A stretch of 64,000 nt of DNA from Candidatus Euphemobacter frigidus (GTDB lineage Bacteria > Auribacterota > Erginobacteria > Erginobacterales > Erginobacteraceae), in the NCBI GenBank assembly GCA_030765805.1, contig JAVCDH010000017.1:2467-66466 (forward strand). The letters run 5' to 3'. Both the position numbers and the translations under genes were made by a program. This document shows, piece after piece, positions 55,893 to 64,000 of the stretch; positions within the stretch are counted from its first letter, which is position 1; each line of letters opens with the position of its first letter. Below the pieces are notes generated by a model that saw nothing but the letters and a program-made list of their open reading frames with translations, was not told where the DNA came from and made no database searches.

Positions 55893-56153
55893 CTACTTAC
55901 TGAAACGTCGGAAGACCAGGGTGCCGTTATGCCCACCAAAGCCGAACGAGTTGCTAAGAGAGAGATCTAACTCTGTGGGGTCAAAGTTCTTCACCTCCCC
56001 GCCGATCTGCGACGCGAACTCGGAAGGATCAAAAGCCGTAATCCGGCCGATCCCGCTTCGGCAGGTAACCAACGAGTCCCAGAACTCAACCGGGTTATTG
56101 CCGATCGGTGATATCACTCCCATACCGGTGACAACAACTCTCCGTTCCAACAT
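55893..56153 (-). pseudogene. fabF: FabF with a large in-frame internal deletion (about 60 N-terminal aa fused to about 25 C-terminal aa)
   Basis: [15 protein letters not shown]...[11 protein letters not shown] joined to [15 protein letters not shown]; follows acpP. Confidence 0.88.
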
Positions 56154-56261
56154 TCCTTCCTCCTTAAATACGACACTTCCCTATTACACACACCTCTATC
56201 CGTCTAAAACCAATGGCGGATAGAGGTGGGTTGCGGATTGATTTATTAGATCTTTTCTTTC

Positions 56262-56504
56262 TTATTCAGACTTGGCGGTCGCTTCAATATACTTGATAGC
56301 GGCGCCGACTGTGGTCAATTTCTCCGCTTCTTCATCAGGAACTTCGATATCGAAGGCCTCTTCCAAGGCCATAACCAATTCTACGGTATCCAGAGAGTCG
56401 GCCCCCAGATCGTCAATAAATGACGCCTCTTCGGTAACCTCTTCCGGATTGACGCCCAGCTGCTCCACAATGATATCCTTTACTTTCTGAGTTACGTCCG
56501 CCAT
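56262..56504 (-). CDS. acpP: Acyl carrier protein
   Basis: Motif [12 protein letters not shown]. Confidence 0.97.
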   Translation of the reverse strand: MADVTQKVKDIIVEQLGVNPEEVTEEASFIDDLGADSLDTVELVMALEEAFDIEVPDEEAEKLTTVGAAIKYIEATAKSE

Positions 56505-56534
56505 CTTACTTCCTCCTTTATGGTTTGTACTACT

Positions 56535-57275
56535 TTATATATACATTCCCCCATCAATAATTAAAACCTGGCCGGTGATGTAGGAAGCGGATGGGGAGGC
56601 CAGGAAGACAACCACTCCGGCTACATCTTCCGGGGTCCCCATCCTGCTCAGCGGGATCGCTTTTACCATCTCCTCCTTGATCTGAGGAGGTATCTTGTCC
56701 GTCATCTCGGTGGCAATAAAACCGGGGGCGACCGCGTTAACTCGAATTCCCCTCGGTGCCATCTCTTTGGCCAGGGACTTGGTCAGAGCAATCAACCCAC
56801 CTTTGGAGGCAGCGTAATTGGCCTGCCCCGCGTTTCCCATCAATCCGATAATTGAAGCCACGTTTACAATACAGCCGGAACGCTGCTTCATCATGCTCCG
56901 GGCGGTGGCCCGGCTCAGGTTGAAGGCCCCTTTCAGATTAACCGCGAGAACCGAATCCCAGTCTTCTTCACTCATCCTGATCAAGAGAGCGTCACGGGTA
57001 ATCCCGGCATTATTTACCACTATATCTATGCTTCCCCAGAGGTCAAGAATTTTATTAACCGCTTCCTGAACCTGGGAAAGCAGGGAGATATCGACCGTCC
57101 AGGCCAGAGATCTCCGCCCGGCTTTCTCGATCAAAGCCGCGGTTTCCTTCGCGCCCGGCTCATCCATATCCAAGACGGCGATGGCGGCCCCCTCCCCGGC
57201 CAGCGCCAGGGCGATGGCCCGGCCGATTCCTCTCGCGCCACCTGTGACAATCGCTTTTTTGCCCTCCAAAAACAT
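56535..57275 (-). CDS. fabG: 3-oxoacyl-ACP reductase
   Basis: Motifs TGGARGIG, NNAGITRD and YAASK; start moved to MFLEGK. Confidence 0.95.
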   Translation of the reverse strand: MFLEGKKAIVTGGARGIGRAIALALAGEGAAIAVLDMDEPGAKETAALIEKAGRRSLAWTVDISLLSQVQEAVNKILDLWGSIDIVVNNAGITRDALLIRMSEEDWDSVLAVNLKGAFNLSRATARSMMKQRSGCIVNVASIIGLMGNAGQANYAASKGGLIALTKSLAKEMAPRGIRVNAVAPGFIATEMTDKIPPQIKEEMVKAIPLSRMGTPEDVAGVVVFLASPSASYITGQVLIIDGGMYI

Positions 57276-57303
57276 GACTCTCCTCCTGATTTCTTTGTTA
57301 AAC

Positions 57304-57352
57304 CTAAATTGAGCGATTATTGCAGTTCGCCGCATAGAATCGCTCAATTTAG
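57304..57352. repeat. 15-bp inverted repeat CTAAATTGAGCGATT ... AATCGCTCAATTTAG
   Basis: Perfect arms; a single arm also occurs at 34766-34780. Confidence 0.8.
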
Positions 57353-57359
57353 ATTTGAA

Positions 57360-57542
57360 TTAACTCTTTTCTGCCTGGATTACAAGCTTGCCTTTATAGT
57401 AACCGCAGTAGGGACAGATTCGATGAGGTTGCCGCGGTTGGTGACAATGAGGACAGGGAACAGTCCGAGGAAGACTGAATTTATGCCCCGCCCGGCGGGA
57501 TCGCTTTCGAGTTTTACTGATCTTTCTCTTTGGAACAGCCAT
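57360..57542 (-). CDS. rpmF: 50S ribosomal protein L32 (Zn-ribbon type)
   Basis: MAVPKRKISK...CPHC...HRICPYCGYY. Confidence 0.96.
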   Translation of the reverse strand: MAVPKRKISKTRKRSRRAGHKFSLPRTVPCPHCHQPRQPHRICPYCGYYKGKLVIQAEKS

Positions 57543-57561
57543 AAAACCACCTACTCCTCGG

Positions 57562-58020
57562 TTAAAATTTAATTTTATCCAACTCCGCGAAGGGGGAGAC
57601 ACTTCGTTCAACAGAGCAGTCACAACTCCCCTGGTTCAAATCCTGACCGCAAGACGGGCAGATCCCCCGACATTCCGGTTGACAGAGAGGTTTCACTGAA
57701 ACGGCGAGAATAATATCCGTCCTGATATCGTCCGTCAAGTCAATTGTCTCCCCGCGATCGGTCACCTCTCTCTGGACCTGAAAATCCTTTATCTCCAGCG
57801 GTGCTTCAAATTTCTTAAGGCACCGGGAACAGGTAAAACGGACTACCGTGGTCAGCCGTCCTCGAACCAGCAAGATATTGCCGGCCAGAGAAATATCCAG
57901 ATCATACTGTATCGGCCGATAAAATTCAGCCCCCGGATCCTGGATATCGATAATAGAGGGGGCTTCTTCTCCCCGCGCGGTCAAACCATGGGGAGGAATT
58001 GATCTGAGATCGATGAGCAT
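57562..58020 (-). CDS. DUF177/YceD family protein
   Basis: Motifs CSRCL and KPLCQPECRGICPSCG; precedes rpmF. Confidence 0.92.
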   Translation of the reverse strand: MLIDLRSIPPHGLTARGEEAPSIIDIQDPGAEFYRPIQYDLDISLAGNILLVRGRLTTVVRFTCSRCLKKFEAPLEIKDFQVQREVTDRGETIDLTDDIRTDIILAVSVKPLCQPECRGICPSCGQDLNQGSCDCSVERSVSPFAELDKIKF

Positions 58021-59078
58021 TATCCGGATTTAAAAGCCTTCACCACAGGGGTCGGAACGAATGCTGAGATATCCCCGCCCAGAAGAAAAATCTCCTTCAC
58101 CATTCTGGAACTGATATAGGAACAGGCTTCGCTGGGCATCAAGAAAATTATCTCCAGCTCGGGGGATAGCTTCCGGTTGGTCAGTGCCATCTGGAACTCA
58201 TACTCGAAGTCGGAGACCACCCGCAACCCCCGGATCAAGATCCGGGCGCCCTTCCGGGCGGCAAAATCAATCAACAACCCTGAGAATGACTCAACTTCGA
58301 CCTCCGGCAAGGATGTTATGGACTCACGAATTAACGAAAGCCTCTGAGATAGTGGGAAGAAGGGCTTCTTCTCCATATTGTCGGCAACGGCGATCGTCAG
58401 TTGGGGGAAGACCCGGGCGGATCTCTGAATCAGATCCAGATGGCCCAGAGTAATCGGATCGAAGCTTCCCGCGTAGATCGCCCGTTTCCCATTTTTCCTG
58501 TCGCTATTCATATCCCGATACAGAAATGTAAGTCCGGTCTGTCCGTATTTTTTAGCTTGAATCTCCTGCCATGATAAATCGGGGAGGACAGGCTTGGTTC
58601 GGTAAAAATGTTCGATAACCACCAACCCATCCTCGCGCAACATATCAAATTTCCCGATCAGAGACAATATATTTTCACCGATCGTCTTACCTTTCTCTCC
58701 GGAGCTTTCATACGGAGGGTCCGCCAATATCAGATCGAAACGGTCACCCCTCTCCCCCAGCCTTTTCAGGGCAGTCCGGTAATCGTCGGTAATAATCTCG
58801 CTCTCTTCTTCCACTGCCAGCCCAGCGATATTGGCCTTGATTATCTCCAGAACGGGGCCGGATCTCTCCACGAAGATAACCTTCTCCGCCCCCCGGCTCA
58901 GCGCTTCCAGCCCCAGAGCGCCGGTACCGGCAAAGAGATCCAGTACCCGGCTACCGGCCGCCGTATCCCCCAGAATGCTGAATAATGCTTCCCGGACCCG
59001 GTCGGCGGTGGGTCGGACTCGCCGACCACTGAGCGTCTTCAACTTTCGTCCCTTATATTTTCCCGCGATAATCCTCAT
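58020..59078 (-). CDS. rsmD-coaD: In-frame fusion of 16S rRNA m2G966 methyltransferase RsmD and phosphopantetheine adenylyltransferase CoaD
   Basis: RPTADRVRE, LDLFAGTG and DPPY, then with no stop YAGSFDPITLGHLD, RGLRVVSDFEYE and SSRMVKE. Confidence 0.9.
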   Translation of the reverse strand: MRIIAGKYKGRKLKTLSGRRVRPTADRVREALFSILGDTAAGSRVLDLFAGTGALGLEALSRGAEKVIFVERSGPVLEIIKANIAGLAVEEESEIITDDYRTALKRLGERGDRFDLILADPPYESSGEKGKTIGENILSLIGKFDMLREDGLVVIEHFYRTKPVLPDLSWQEIQAKKYGQTGLTFLYRDMNSDRKNGKRAIYAGSFDPITLGHLDLIQRSARVFPQLTIAVADNMEKKPFFPLSQRLSLIRESITSLPEVEVESFSGLLIDFAARKGARILIRGLRVVSDFEYEFQMALTNRKLSPELEIIFLMPSEACSYISSRMVKEIFLLGGDISAFVPTPVVKAFKSG

Positions 59079-59090
59079 ATTAAAAAAAGT

Positions 59091-59318
59091 TTGAAGTGCC
59101 TAAAGTGTGCTGCCGACTTCGCCAAAGTAGCCTCAGGCTACGACGGCTGAAAAAGTGACTAAAGTTAAATTACCTCATTGTGACGCTCTGTGTCGAATGT
59201 TGAACGTTGGACGTTGAAAGTTGAGCGTTGAACGTTCATCCCTTCCAACTTTAGTCACTTTAGTTCACTTTAGTCACTTTAGTCACTTTAGTTCACTTTA
59301 GCTCACTTTAGACACTTC
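59091..59318. repeat. Composite intergenic element: AAGTG arm with REP unit, GTTGAAC array, inverted ACTTTAGTC array
   Basis: 59109-59158 is identical to 1379-1428; heptamers at 59192-59239; array at 59247-59318. Confidence 0.87.
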
Positions 59319-59320
59319 TT

Positions 59321-61393
59321 CTACCCGACATCGCCCAGTTCGAACCGATCTCCATAACGCTCCATAAGCCGGCGGCGGATGGTGGACAGCTCGGGGTCCT
59401 TGAGAGCCGGATCGCGTTCAAGCAACTTGAAGGCTTGCCGGCGCGCAAACTCCATCAGGCGGATATCGGCAATAATATTTCCCATCCGGAGCTCCGGCAG
59501 CCCGGTCTGCTGGGTTCCGAAGAACTCACCGGGCCCCCTGATCTCCAGATCCTCTCGCGCGATCAAGAAACCGTCATCGATGGACTTTATCACCTGGAGG
59601 CGGCGGCGCGCGTCCTCGGTCCGGGGATTGCCCTGGAGGATACAGTAAGCCTGTCGGCGGCTCCTTCCCACCCGTCCCCGGAGTTGATGGAGCTGGGCGA
59701 GACCGAAACGCTCGGCATTCTCAATCAGCATAACAGTCGCGTCGGGCATATCGATACCGATCTCCACCACCACCGTCGATACCAGGATCATGGTCTTCTT
59801 CCGCCGGAAATCATCCATGGCCCGCTGTTTCTCCCCGGCCGTCATCCGGCCGTGAACCAGGCCCAGACTCAAACCGGGAAAGATCCGGCGCTTCAAATGC
59901 TCGAACATCTCAGTAGCGGCCTTCACCTCCAGCACCTCCGATTCTTCCACCAGGGGATAGATGATGAACGCCTGCCCGCCCTGCGCGGCCTGCTCCCGGA
60001 TAAAGGCGTAAGCCCGGTTCAGTCGCTCCGGTCCGATCCAGTAAGTCTTTACCTTCTCCCGGCCCGGGGGCATCTCATCCAGAATTGAAACATCAAGGTC
60101 TCCATAGACGGTCAGGGTCAGGGTCCGGGGAATCGGAGTCGCCGTCATTACCAGAACGTGAGGTTGAAACCCCTTCTTCCTTAACTCCGAGCGTTGCCGG
60201 ACCCCGAATTTATGCTGCTCGTCGATCACGATCATCCCCAGTTGCTTGAAGGCTACCTTCTTCTGGATCAGGGCGTGGGTCCCGGCCACAATCTGAATCG
60301 TTCCCTCCTCTATCTCCCGCAGGATTCTCTTCCGCTCCGCGCCCTTTACCCCGCCGGTCAGCAGGACCGTCTTCAGCCCCAGAGGGGCCAGCTCCCGCTG
60401 GATATTTTCATAATGCTGGGCCGCCAGGATCTCGGTTGGAGCCATGATGGCTCCCTGGTAGCCGTTATCCACCGTGGTTAAAAGAGCGCAGACCGCGACC
60501 ACCGTCTTCCCGGAACCGACATCTCCCTGGAGAAGACGGTTCATGGCCCGAGCGGTGGTCATATCCTCCTTGATCTCCCGGATCACGCGCCGTTGCGCGC
60601 CGGTTAAATTAAAGGGGAGCTCCGCGATATAGCGGTCCCGGAGGGGAGTAACCGGTGAGTGGGGCAGGCTCTCCGCCTGGCTTGCCCGTCTCTCCCGTTT
60701 CAGCCCCAGCGCCAGTTGAAGGATGAAGAACTCATCAAGAATCAGCCGCTTGCGGGCTGCCTTCAGGGCTTCCCGGTCAGCCGGGTAATGGATGGTCCTG
60801 ATGGCTTCGTCTAGGGGAATGACCTGCCAGCGGGCACGGAGGTCGTCCGGAAGTAACTCGGGGACCGAGGGCAGATACTGATCCAGGGCCTGCTTGATGA
60901 TCGTCCGCAGGGCCTTCTGATTCAGACCTTCGGTCAGGGGATAGAGCGGAACAATCCGGCCGGCCTGACTCAGCTCCTCCCCCCCTTCTTTCAGCCGTTC
61001 GAACTCTGGATTGGCCATCTGAAGCGTTTGATACCGTTGAACCTTTCCGGTGAAAACATACTCCTCTCCCTGCTTGATAACATTATCCAGATACGCCTGG
61101 TTAAACCAGAGGCAGGGCAGCCTTCCGCTTCCATCGTCAACTATCAGCCGAAATACTTTCTTCCCCTTCTTGGTCTTGCTCAAGCCCGTGGCCAGGACCT
61201 CTCCCTTGATAACGGCAAATTCTCCTTCCTCAAGAGCCGCGATGGGAGTAAAGTGCCGCCGGTCCTGGTAATCCCGGGGGAAGTAATAGAGAAGATCTTC
61301 TACCGTCCGAACATCCAACCGGCCGAAGAGCGTGGCCCGGCGCGGGCCGACCCCTTTGACATACTGGACGTCATTATGTAAGACTGATCTCAT
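59321..61393 (-). CDS. recG: ATP-dependent DNA helicase RecG
   Basis: Motifs QGDVGSGKT, DEQHKFG, MTATPIPRT and QLRGRVGR. Confidence 0.97.
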   Translation of the reverse strand: MRSVLHNDVQYVKGVGPRRATLFGRLDVRTVEDLLYYFPRDYQDRRHFTPIAALEEGEFAVIKGEVLATGLSKTKKGKKVFRLIVDDGSGRLPCLWFNQAYLDNVIKQGEEYVFTGKVQRYQTLQMANPEFERLKEGGEELSQAGRIVPLYPLTEGLNQKALRTIIKQALDQYLPSVPELLPDDLRARWQVIPLDEAIRTIHYPADREALKAARKRLILDEFFILQLALGLKRERRASQAESLPHSPVTPLRDRYIAELPFNLTGAQRRVIREIKEDMTTARAMNRLLQGDVGSGKTVVAVCALLTTVDNGYQGAIMAPTEILAAQHYENIQRELAPLGLKTVLLTGGVKGAERKRILREIEEGTIQIVAGTHALIQKKVAFKQLGMIVIDEQHKFGVRQRSELRKKGFQPHVLVMTATPIPRTLTLTVYGDLDVSILDEMPPGREKVKTYWIGPERLNRAYAFIREQAAQGGQAFIIYPLVEESEVLEVKAATEMFEHLKRRIFPGLSLGLVHGRMTAGEKQRAMDDFRRKKTMILVSTVVVEIGIDMPDATVMLIENAERFGLAQLHQLRGRVGRSRRQAYCILQGNPRTEDARRRLQVIKSIDDGFLIAREDLEIRGPGEFFGTQQTGLPELRMGNIIADIRLMEFARRQAFKLLERDPALKDPELSTIRRRLMERYGDRFELGDVG

Positions 61394-61578
61394 AGTTACT
61401 CCAACATCCGGGTAAGTGTACTAGGAGCCTCGGGGTGCCGGCAAGCCGCCCCCGATTCTTCCTCAACCGTTAGTTATAATTCTTCGCAGGATTATTTTAT
61501 ACTTGTCTGCCGCCCGGTTTTATGCTAACAATGCAATCTTACATTTAAATACTCTAAAGTTAAAAGGATAATCATACC

Positions 61579-61806
61579 ATGTCCAATGTCTGCGCAATCT
61601 GTGGAAAGCGACCGCATTCCGGGAACAAGATCAGCCGCCGGGGTCTGGCTAAAAAGAAGGGGGGGGTCGGCAAAAGGATAACCGGTGTCTCCAAGAGAAC
61701 GTTCCTGCCCAACCTGCAAAAAGTCAGAGCAGTGATTGACGGGAAGGTTAAGACCATCCGGGTCTGCACCAAATGCATACGCTCCGGAAAGGTCATCAAG
61801 CCTTAA
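61579..61806 (+). CDS. rpmB: 50S ribosomal protein L28
   Basis: Motifs CAICGK, FLPNLQ and VCTKC. Confidence 0.95.
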   Translation: MSNVCAICGKRPHSGNKISRRGLAKKKGGVGKRITGVSKRTFLPNLQKVRAVIDGKVKTIRVCTKCIRSGKVIKP

Positions 61807-61808
61807 GT

Positions 61809-61920
61809 AAATTTGCCCCGTCCCCAGCGGGGCAAATTTAGGGAATGGGGATTAGGGAATAGGGATTGGTTCACCTAATTCTTATAAAATATCGCCTATT
61901 CAATAGTTTTATTAAAATCC
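61809..61920. repeat. Dispersed element of about 105 bp, copy C (different left hairpin)
   Basis: Body matches 16624-16729; hairpin AAATTTGCCCCG-N7-CGGGGCAAATTT. Confidence 0.85.
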
Positions 61921-61967
61921 CGAAGCGCCGGATCGGCGCTCCGCTTCCCGGATTATTACTGCTCTAT

Positions 61968-64000
61968 CTAACGCCGGCTTTTCTCCAATCTCTTCCGATG
62001 CCAGAATAAGAGTACCGGGCTGGCGATAAAGATGGAAGAGTAGGTCCCCACCACGATCCCCACCATCAGCGCGTACGCGAAGTCATTGATCACGGCCCCC
62101 CCGAAGAGAAAGAGGAAGACCACCACGATCATTGTGGTGAGTGAGGTCAAGATCGTTCGGTTCAGTACCTGATTGATACTGGCATTGATGATCGCCTCGT
62201 CCGATTCACCCCGCATGGCTTTCATATTTTCCCGGATCCGGACAAAGACCACGATGGTGTCGTTCAGGGAATACCCCACGATAGTCAGAAGAGCGGCGAT
62301 AATCGGGATACTGAACTCCCGAAGCGGAAGGAGGAAAAATCCCGACAGGAAACCGACCGTAATGACAACATCATGGAGAAGCGCCAGGACCGCCCCCAGG
62401 GCAAACTTGAACTCGTTAAATCTAAACCAGATATAAGCCGCGATCGCCAGAACCGCCAGGATAATCGCTCCCAGGGCCTGGAGTCGCAGGCGCTGTCCCA
62501 CTTTGGGGCCGACCATCTCGGTCCTCTGTTCATAGGTCTCAAGTTCGATCCCCGATGTCAGCTCTTCTTTGATCGCTTCGTCGATCTTCTTAGCCGAGCC
62601 GAGCGGCGCCCGGATAATAATTCCTCTTCCTCCGCCGTAGTGCTGGACGGAACTGTCTTCCAGCCCGATACCGTCTAATATCCCCCGGATATGTTCAGCC
62701 GGCACCTCCTCGGTAAATTGGCGCTGAATCAGAACACCGCCGCTGAAATCAATCCCCAGGTTCTTCTCACCGTTATAGATAAAGATCAGGATACTTACCG
62801 CCATCAGGACACCGGAGACAAGAAAAGCCATACGCCGTTTGCCGATGAAATCAAAGTTCGGGTGCTTGAAGATCTGGAACATCTTCAGATTGGTAAACCG
62901 GGGACTGAGACAGAAGAGTTCAAAGATTGAACGGGTAACCACCAGGGCCGTGAACATACTGGTACAGATACCGATCGTCAGAGTCAGGGCAAACCCCTTA
63001 ATCGGACCCGAGGTGGGGAGATAGCTGAATCCCAGAGGATTAAGGAGAACCAGGGCCGCGATTAAGGTGGTGAGATTGGCGTCGATGATCGTCAGAAAGG
63101 CCTTCCCGTATCCGGCGGAGATGGCCCGTTTCATTCTCTTCCCGGTTGCCAGCTCTTCCCGGATTCGCTCGAAGATCAGAACGTTGGCGTCCACCGCCAT
63201 GCCGATGGTGAGGATAATTCCGGCGATCCCCGGAAGTGTCAGCGTGGCTTTAAAGCCTCCGAAGAGAAACGGGAGTATGCAGAGGACGCCGATAATCAAG
63301 CCGATATTCAGTACAAGAGCAAAGTTAGCTACCAATCCCGCCAGGAGATAATAGAGGGCCATGAAGATGATGACCGTTATCAATCCCGCCAGCGCCGCCT
63401 TGATCCCCTGCCGGATGGAGTCCTTCCCCAGCGAGGGGCCCACCGAGCGTTGTTCCTTGATCATCAACGGAGCCGGATAGGCGCCGGCCGAGAGCTGACT
63501 GGCCAGAAGCTTGGCCGAATCAAAGTCAAAGTTGCCTTCAATGTAGCCCTTGCCGCGGGGGATATAGGTTCTGATCAGGGGAGCGGAGAGGACGTTGCCG
63601 TCCAGGATCATGGCCAACCGACGTCCGGGGGGATTATCTGTGGCGTTATACTGTTTGGTAACCCGACCGAAGATACGCGAACCCTTACCATCGAATTTGA
63701 AGGAAACGATCGGCTCACCGGTTCCGCCCTTGGTGTCGAAGTAAGCGGTGACCAGGTTCTCCCCGTTTAACTCACTCTTCTCCACCAGCAGGAATGTTTC
63801 CTCCTTCTCCTCGCCGTCGGCATTCGTGGCCTGATACGTCTTCAGTTCAAAACCCGGGGGCGCCTCACCTTTCTTGATCGCTTCCGCCAACCGGGCCTCA
63901 TCATCGTCAACCAGCTTGAACTCCAGAAATGCCTGGCCCTGGATCAATTCCAGCGTCTGCTCCGGGTCTCTCACCCCCGGCAACTGGATCAGCAGTTCAT
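61968..64000 (-). CDS. secDF: Fused protein translocase SecDF (5' end outside the window)
   Basis: SecD motifs (TIGMAVDANVLIFERIREE) are continuous with SecF motifs (GIDFSGG, GYSLNDTIVVF); the frame is open to the window end. Confidence 0.93.
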   Translation of the reverse strand, partial: ELLIQLPGVRDPEQTLELIQGQAFLEFKLVDDDEARLAEAIKKGEAPPGFELKTYQATNADGEEKEETFLLVEKSELNGENLVTAYFDTKGGTGEPIVSFKFDGKGSRIFGRVTKQYNATDNPPGRRLAMILDGNVLSAPLIRTYIPRGKGYIEGNFDFDSAKLLASQLSAGAYPAPLMIKEQRSVGPSLGKDSIRQGIKAALAGLITVIIFMALYYLLAGLVANFALVLNIGLIIGVLCILPFLFGGFKATLTLPGIAGIILTIGMAVDANVLIFERIREELATGKRMKRAISAGYGKAFLTIIDANLTTLIAALVLLNPLGFSYLPTSGPIKGFALTLTIGICTSMFTALVVTRSIFELFCLSPRFTNLKMFQIFKHPNFDFIGKRRMAFLVSGVLMAVSILIFIYNGEKNLGIDFSGGVLIQRQFTEEVPAEHIRGILDGIGLEDSSVQHYGGGRGIIIRAPLGSAKKIDEAIKEELTSGIELETYEQRTEMVGPKVGQRLRLQALGAIILAVLAIAAYIWFRFNEFKFALGAVLALLHDVVITVGFLSGFFLLPLREFSIPIIAALLTIVGYSLNDTIVVFVRIRENMKAMRGESDEAIINASINQVLNRTILTSLTTMIVVVFLFLFGGAVINDFAYALMVGIVVGTYSSIFIASPVLLFWHRKRLEKSRR

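Noticed and set aside
56191-56228. 12-bp-stem hairpin between acpP and fabF (and a GC hairpin near 55845-55870)
   Set aside because: These are consistent with ordinary terminator or stability hairpins; I did not find other copies.
61421-61454. CTAGGAGCCT match to the 43292 MITE end plus a hairpin upstream of recG
   Set aside because: The match is only 10 nt with no partner end, and the hairpin matches no riboswitch I know.
1-64000. rRNA, tRNA, tmRNA, SRP or RNase P genes, and transposase or integrase genes
   Set aside because: I recognised no diagnostic sequences by eye; a covariance-model and HMM scan would be needed to exclude divergent ones.

Overview
Bacterial chromosomal window that is mostly a minus-strand run of housekeeping operons: argS-rsfS-nadD-proAB-obgE-rpmA-rplU-Rne/Rng, a radical SAM pair, rodA-mrdA-mreBCD, hflX-miaA-mutL, comM, cysDN, rib genes with an FMN riboswitch, ftsY, nusB, smc, an sxtIJK-like trio, acyl-CoA dehydrogenase-etfBA, acpP-fabG-rpmF, an rsmD-coaD fusion, recG, rpmB and a partial secDF. 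Five things stand out. (1) The first 4.3 kb downstream of argS hold a cluster of type IV (AbiE) toxin-antitoxin genes. It has three clear antitoxins (possibly a fourth at the window edge), only one intact toxin, two toxin stubs of about 18 codons, and a 37-bp direct repeat of the argS 3' end. (2) Many gene junctions carry short mobile or repetitive DNA. One family has GTAACTACTCAGG terminal inverted repeats and 8-bp target duplications, and its copies carry progressively collapsed four-helix-bundle genes. Other MITE-like elements, nested REP-like palindromes and inverted 7-9-mer tandem arrays also occur. These repeats often supply or abut stop codons, and one lies inside miaA. (3) Two unrelated secreted proteins share a C-terminal module of six 40-aa SGLW repeats. 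(4) The fatty-acid cluster is eroded: fabF has an in-frame internal deletion and plsX, fabH and fabD are absent from their usual position. (5) rsmD and coaD are fused in frame. From memory, the SGLW repeats resemble proteins of Ca. Auribacterota MAGs, but this was not checked. I saw no rRNA, tRNA, CRISPR array, integrase or transposase gene. All assignments come from reading motifs by eye; no searches were run.
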